From a bacterium (GTDB lineage Bacteria > Zhuqueibacterota > Zhuqueibacteria > Oceanimicrobiales > Oceanimicrobiaceae), in contig JBHHXN010000106.1 in NCBI GenBank assembly GCA_046757025.1, forward strand, positions 1-18,296: a stretch of DNA of 18,296 nt, given 5' to 3'. The notes beneath the pieces were generated by a model. The model saw only the letters and a list, made by a program, of their open reading frames with translations. It was not told where the DNA came from and searched no databases. The translations under genes and the position numbers were made by a program. Numbering within the stretch: the stretch's first letter is position 1; each line of letters opens with the position of its first letter. Positions 17,837 through 18,296 of the stretch are shown here, piece by piece.

Positions 17837-17991
17837 GTGTCTGAACGAAAATAACCCTATCTTCCCGAAGGCCTCCTGGTCGAGGATAAATTCTTGCTTG
17901 GCTCGGCGGGGCCGGTCCTGAGCTTTGTCGAAGGGACGCCTTCGCGAAGAGGTTCTTAAATCGCGTATTTCTCTGGTTTTCGTTCAGACAC
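17837..17991. mobile_element. 155-bp MITE-like element with 15-bp perfect terminal inverted repeats and a 6-bp target duplication
   Basis: GTGTCTGAACGAAAA (17837-17851) and TTTTCGTTCAGACAC (17977-17991), flanked on both sides by TAAATA (17831-17836 and 17992-17997). No transposase ORF. Internal imperfect inverted repeat at 17860-17872 / 17938-17950 (12/13). Confidence 0.85.
17915..17937. repeat. REP-like unit GTCCTGAGCTTTGTCGAAGGGAC nested in the MITE
   Basis: Resembles the recurrent CCTGAGC(C/T)TGTCGAAGG palindromic repeat motif (recalled, not searched). Flanked by GCC at 17911-17913 and 17938-17940. Confidence 0.6.
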
Positions 17992-18012
17992 TAAATAAAA
18001 TTTTTCGACCTG

Positions 18013-18041
18013 AATATAAAAAAAAACAACTTGAATAGCAA
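18013..18041 (-). promoter_or_regulatory. Sigma70-type promoter for nuoBCID
   Basis: TTGCTA (18041-18036), a 17-nt spacer, then TATATT (18018-18013), oriented toward nuoB. Confidence 0.6.
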
Positions 18042-18120
18042 GGATTGAAGTATTGAAATATTAAAATAGGTAACTTTTTCTCACGATTTGTCATCAAGTG
18101 ATGTCATCCTCTTTGATGTA

Positions 18121-18242
18121 GGCTACGCTCCGCTTCACGCGCTGCGGGTTTTCAATACATGAAGCACTAATTATTTAGAATGTACACAAAACTAACCCGG
18201 ATCACCAACGACCCGCCGTCGCAGTGCAAATTGGTGTTACGC
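18121..18242 (-). mobile_element. Degenerate integron attC-like recombination site (about 122 bp)
   Basis: R'' GCGTAAC, 5 nt, L'' TTTGCAC-TGCGACGGCGGG, a loop, CCCGCAGCG-CGTGAAG (L'), 6 nt, then GTAGCC (R' lacking one T of GTT). The arms pair at 14/15 positions with three extrahelical bases. Confidence 0.65.
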
Positions 18243-18296
18243 ATTCTTGCTCCCCTCCAGCCAATCCTTGCACAGAACCTCAGCCTGTTCCAACAC
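18237..18296 (-). CDS. hsdR: 3' end of a probable type I restriction endonuclease subunit R (partial; 5' part outside the window)
   Basis: VLEQAEVLCKDWLEGSKNA* resembles the C-terminal '..TVLEQAE.L...W' motif of DUF3387-containing HsdR proteins. Only 19 residues are visible. Confidence 0.6.
   Translation of the reverse strand: MLEQAEVLCKDWLEGSKNA

Noticed and set aside
18161..18173. GAAGCAC followed by TAATTA as a fourth MITE end
   Set aside because: Only GTG matches the terminus consensus, no partner end is visible, and it falls within the attC loop.
18190..18242. Shorter 53-bp attC using GTTAGTT as R'
   Set aside because: The L'-R' spacer is too short and arm pairing is poor. The 122-bp reading fits attC geometry much better.
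1..18296. CRISPR array, rRNA, transposase or integrase genes
   Set aside because: No regularly spaced repeats, rRNA-like sequence or such ORFs were seen in the window.

Overview
Mostly housekeeping bacterial DNA with every real gene on the minus strand. The gene order would fit an FCB-group lineage such as KSB1 or Calditrichota, but that is only an inference. In the direction of transcription (right to left) the window holds: the last 19 codons and stop of a probable type I restriction subunit HsdR, with an attC-like site overlapping its stop; a promoter and a MITE-like element; a complex I Q-module-only cluster nuoB-nuoC-nuoI-nuoD; a FadF/HdrD-like membrane Fe-S oxidoreductase; an O-methyltransferase; a DUF309 protein; a 2-oxoacid dehydrogenase E2; lipA; a promoter, leader and terminator; tRNA-Val(GAC); and thrS-infC(ATT start)-rpmI-rplT-pheS-pheT-zapB-like-zapA-rny. 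The main oddities are: (i) a degenerate integron attC site attached to hsdR; (ii) related small elements next to TAWWTA sites that carry nested REP-like palindromes, one inside the predicted nuo 5' UTR and one supplying part of the rny stop codon; (iii) an RNase Y lacking three conserved HD-domain histidines; (iv) a stand-alone nuoBCID unit whose NuoD ends GCIDR; (v) a candidate attenuator ahead of the tRNA-Val-thrS operon. All family assignments come from motif recognition by eye, with no database searches.
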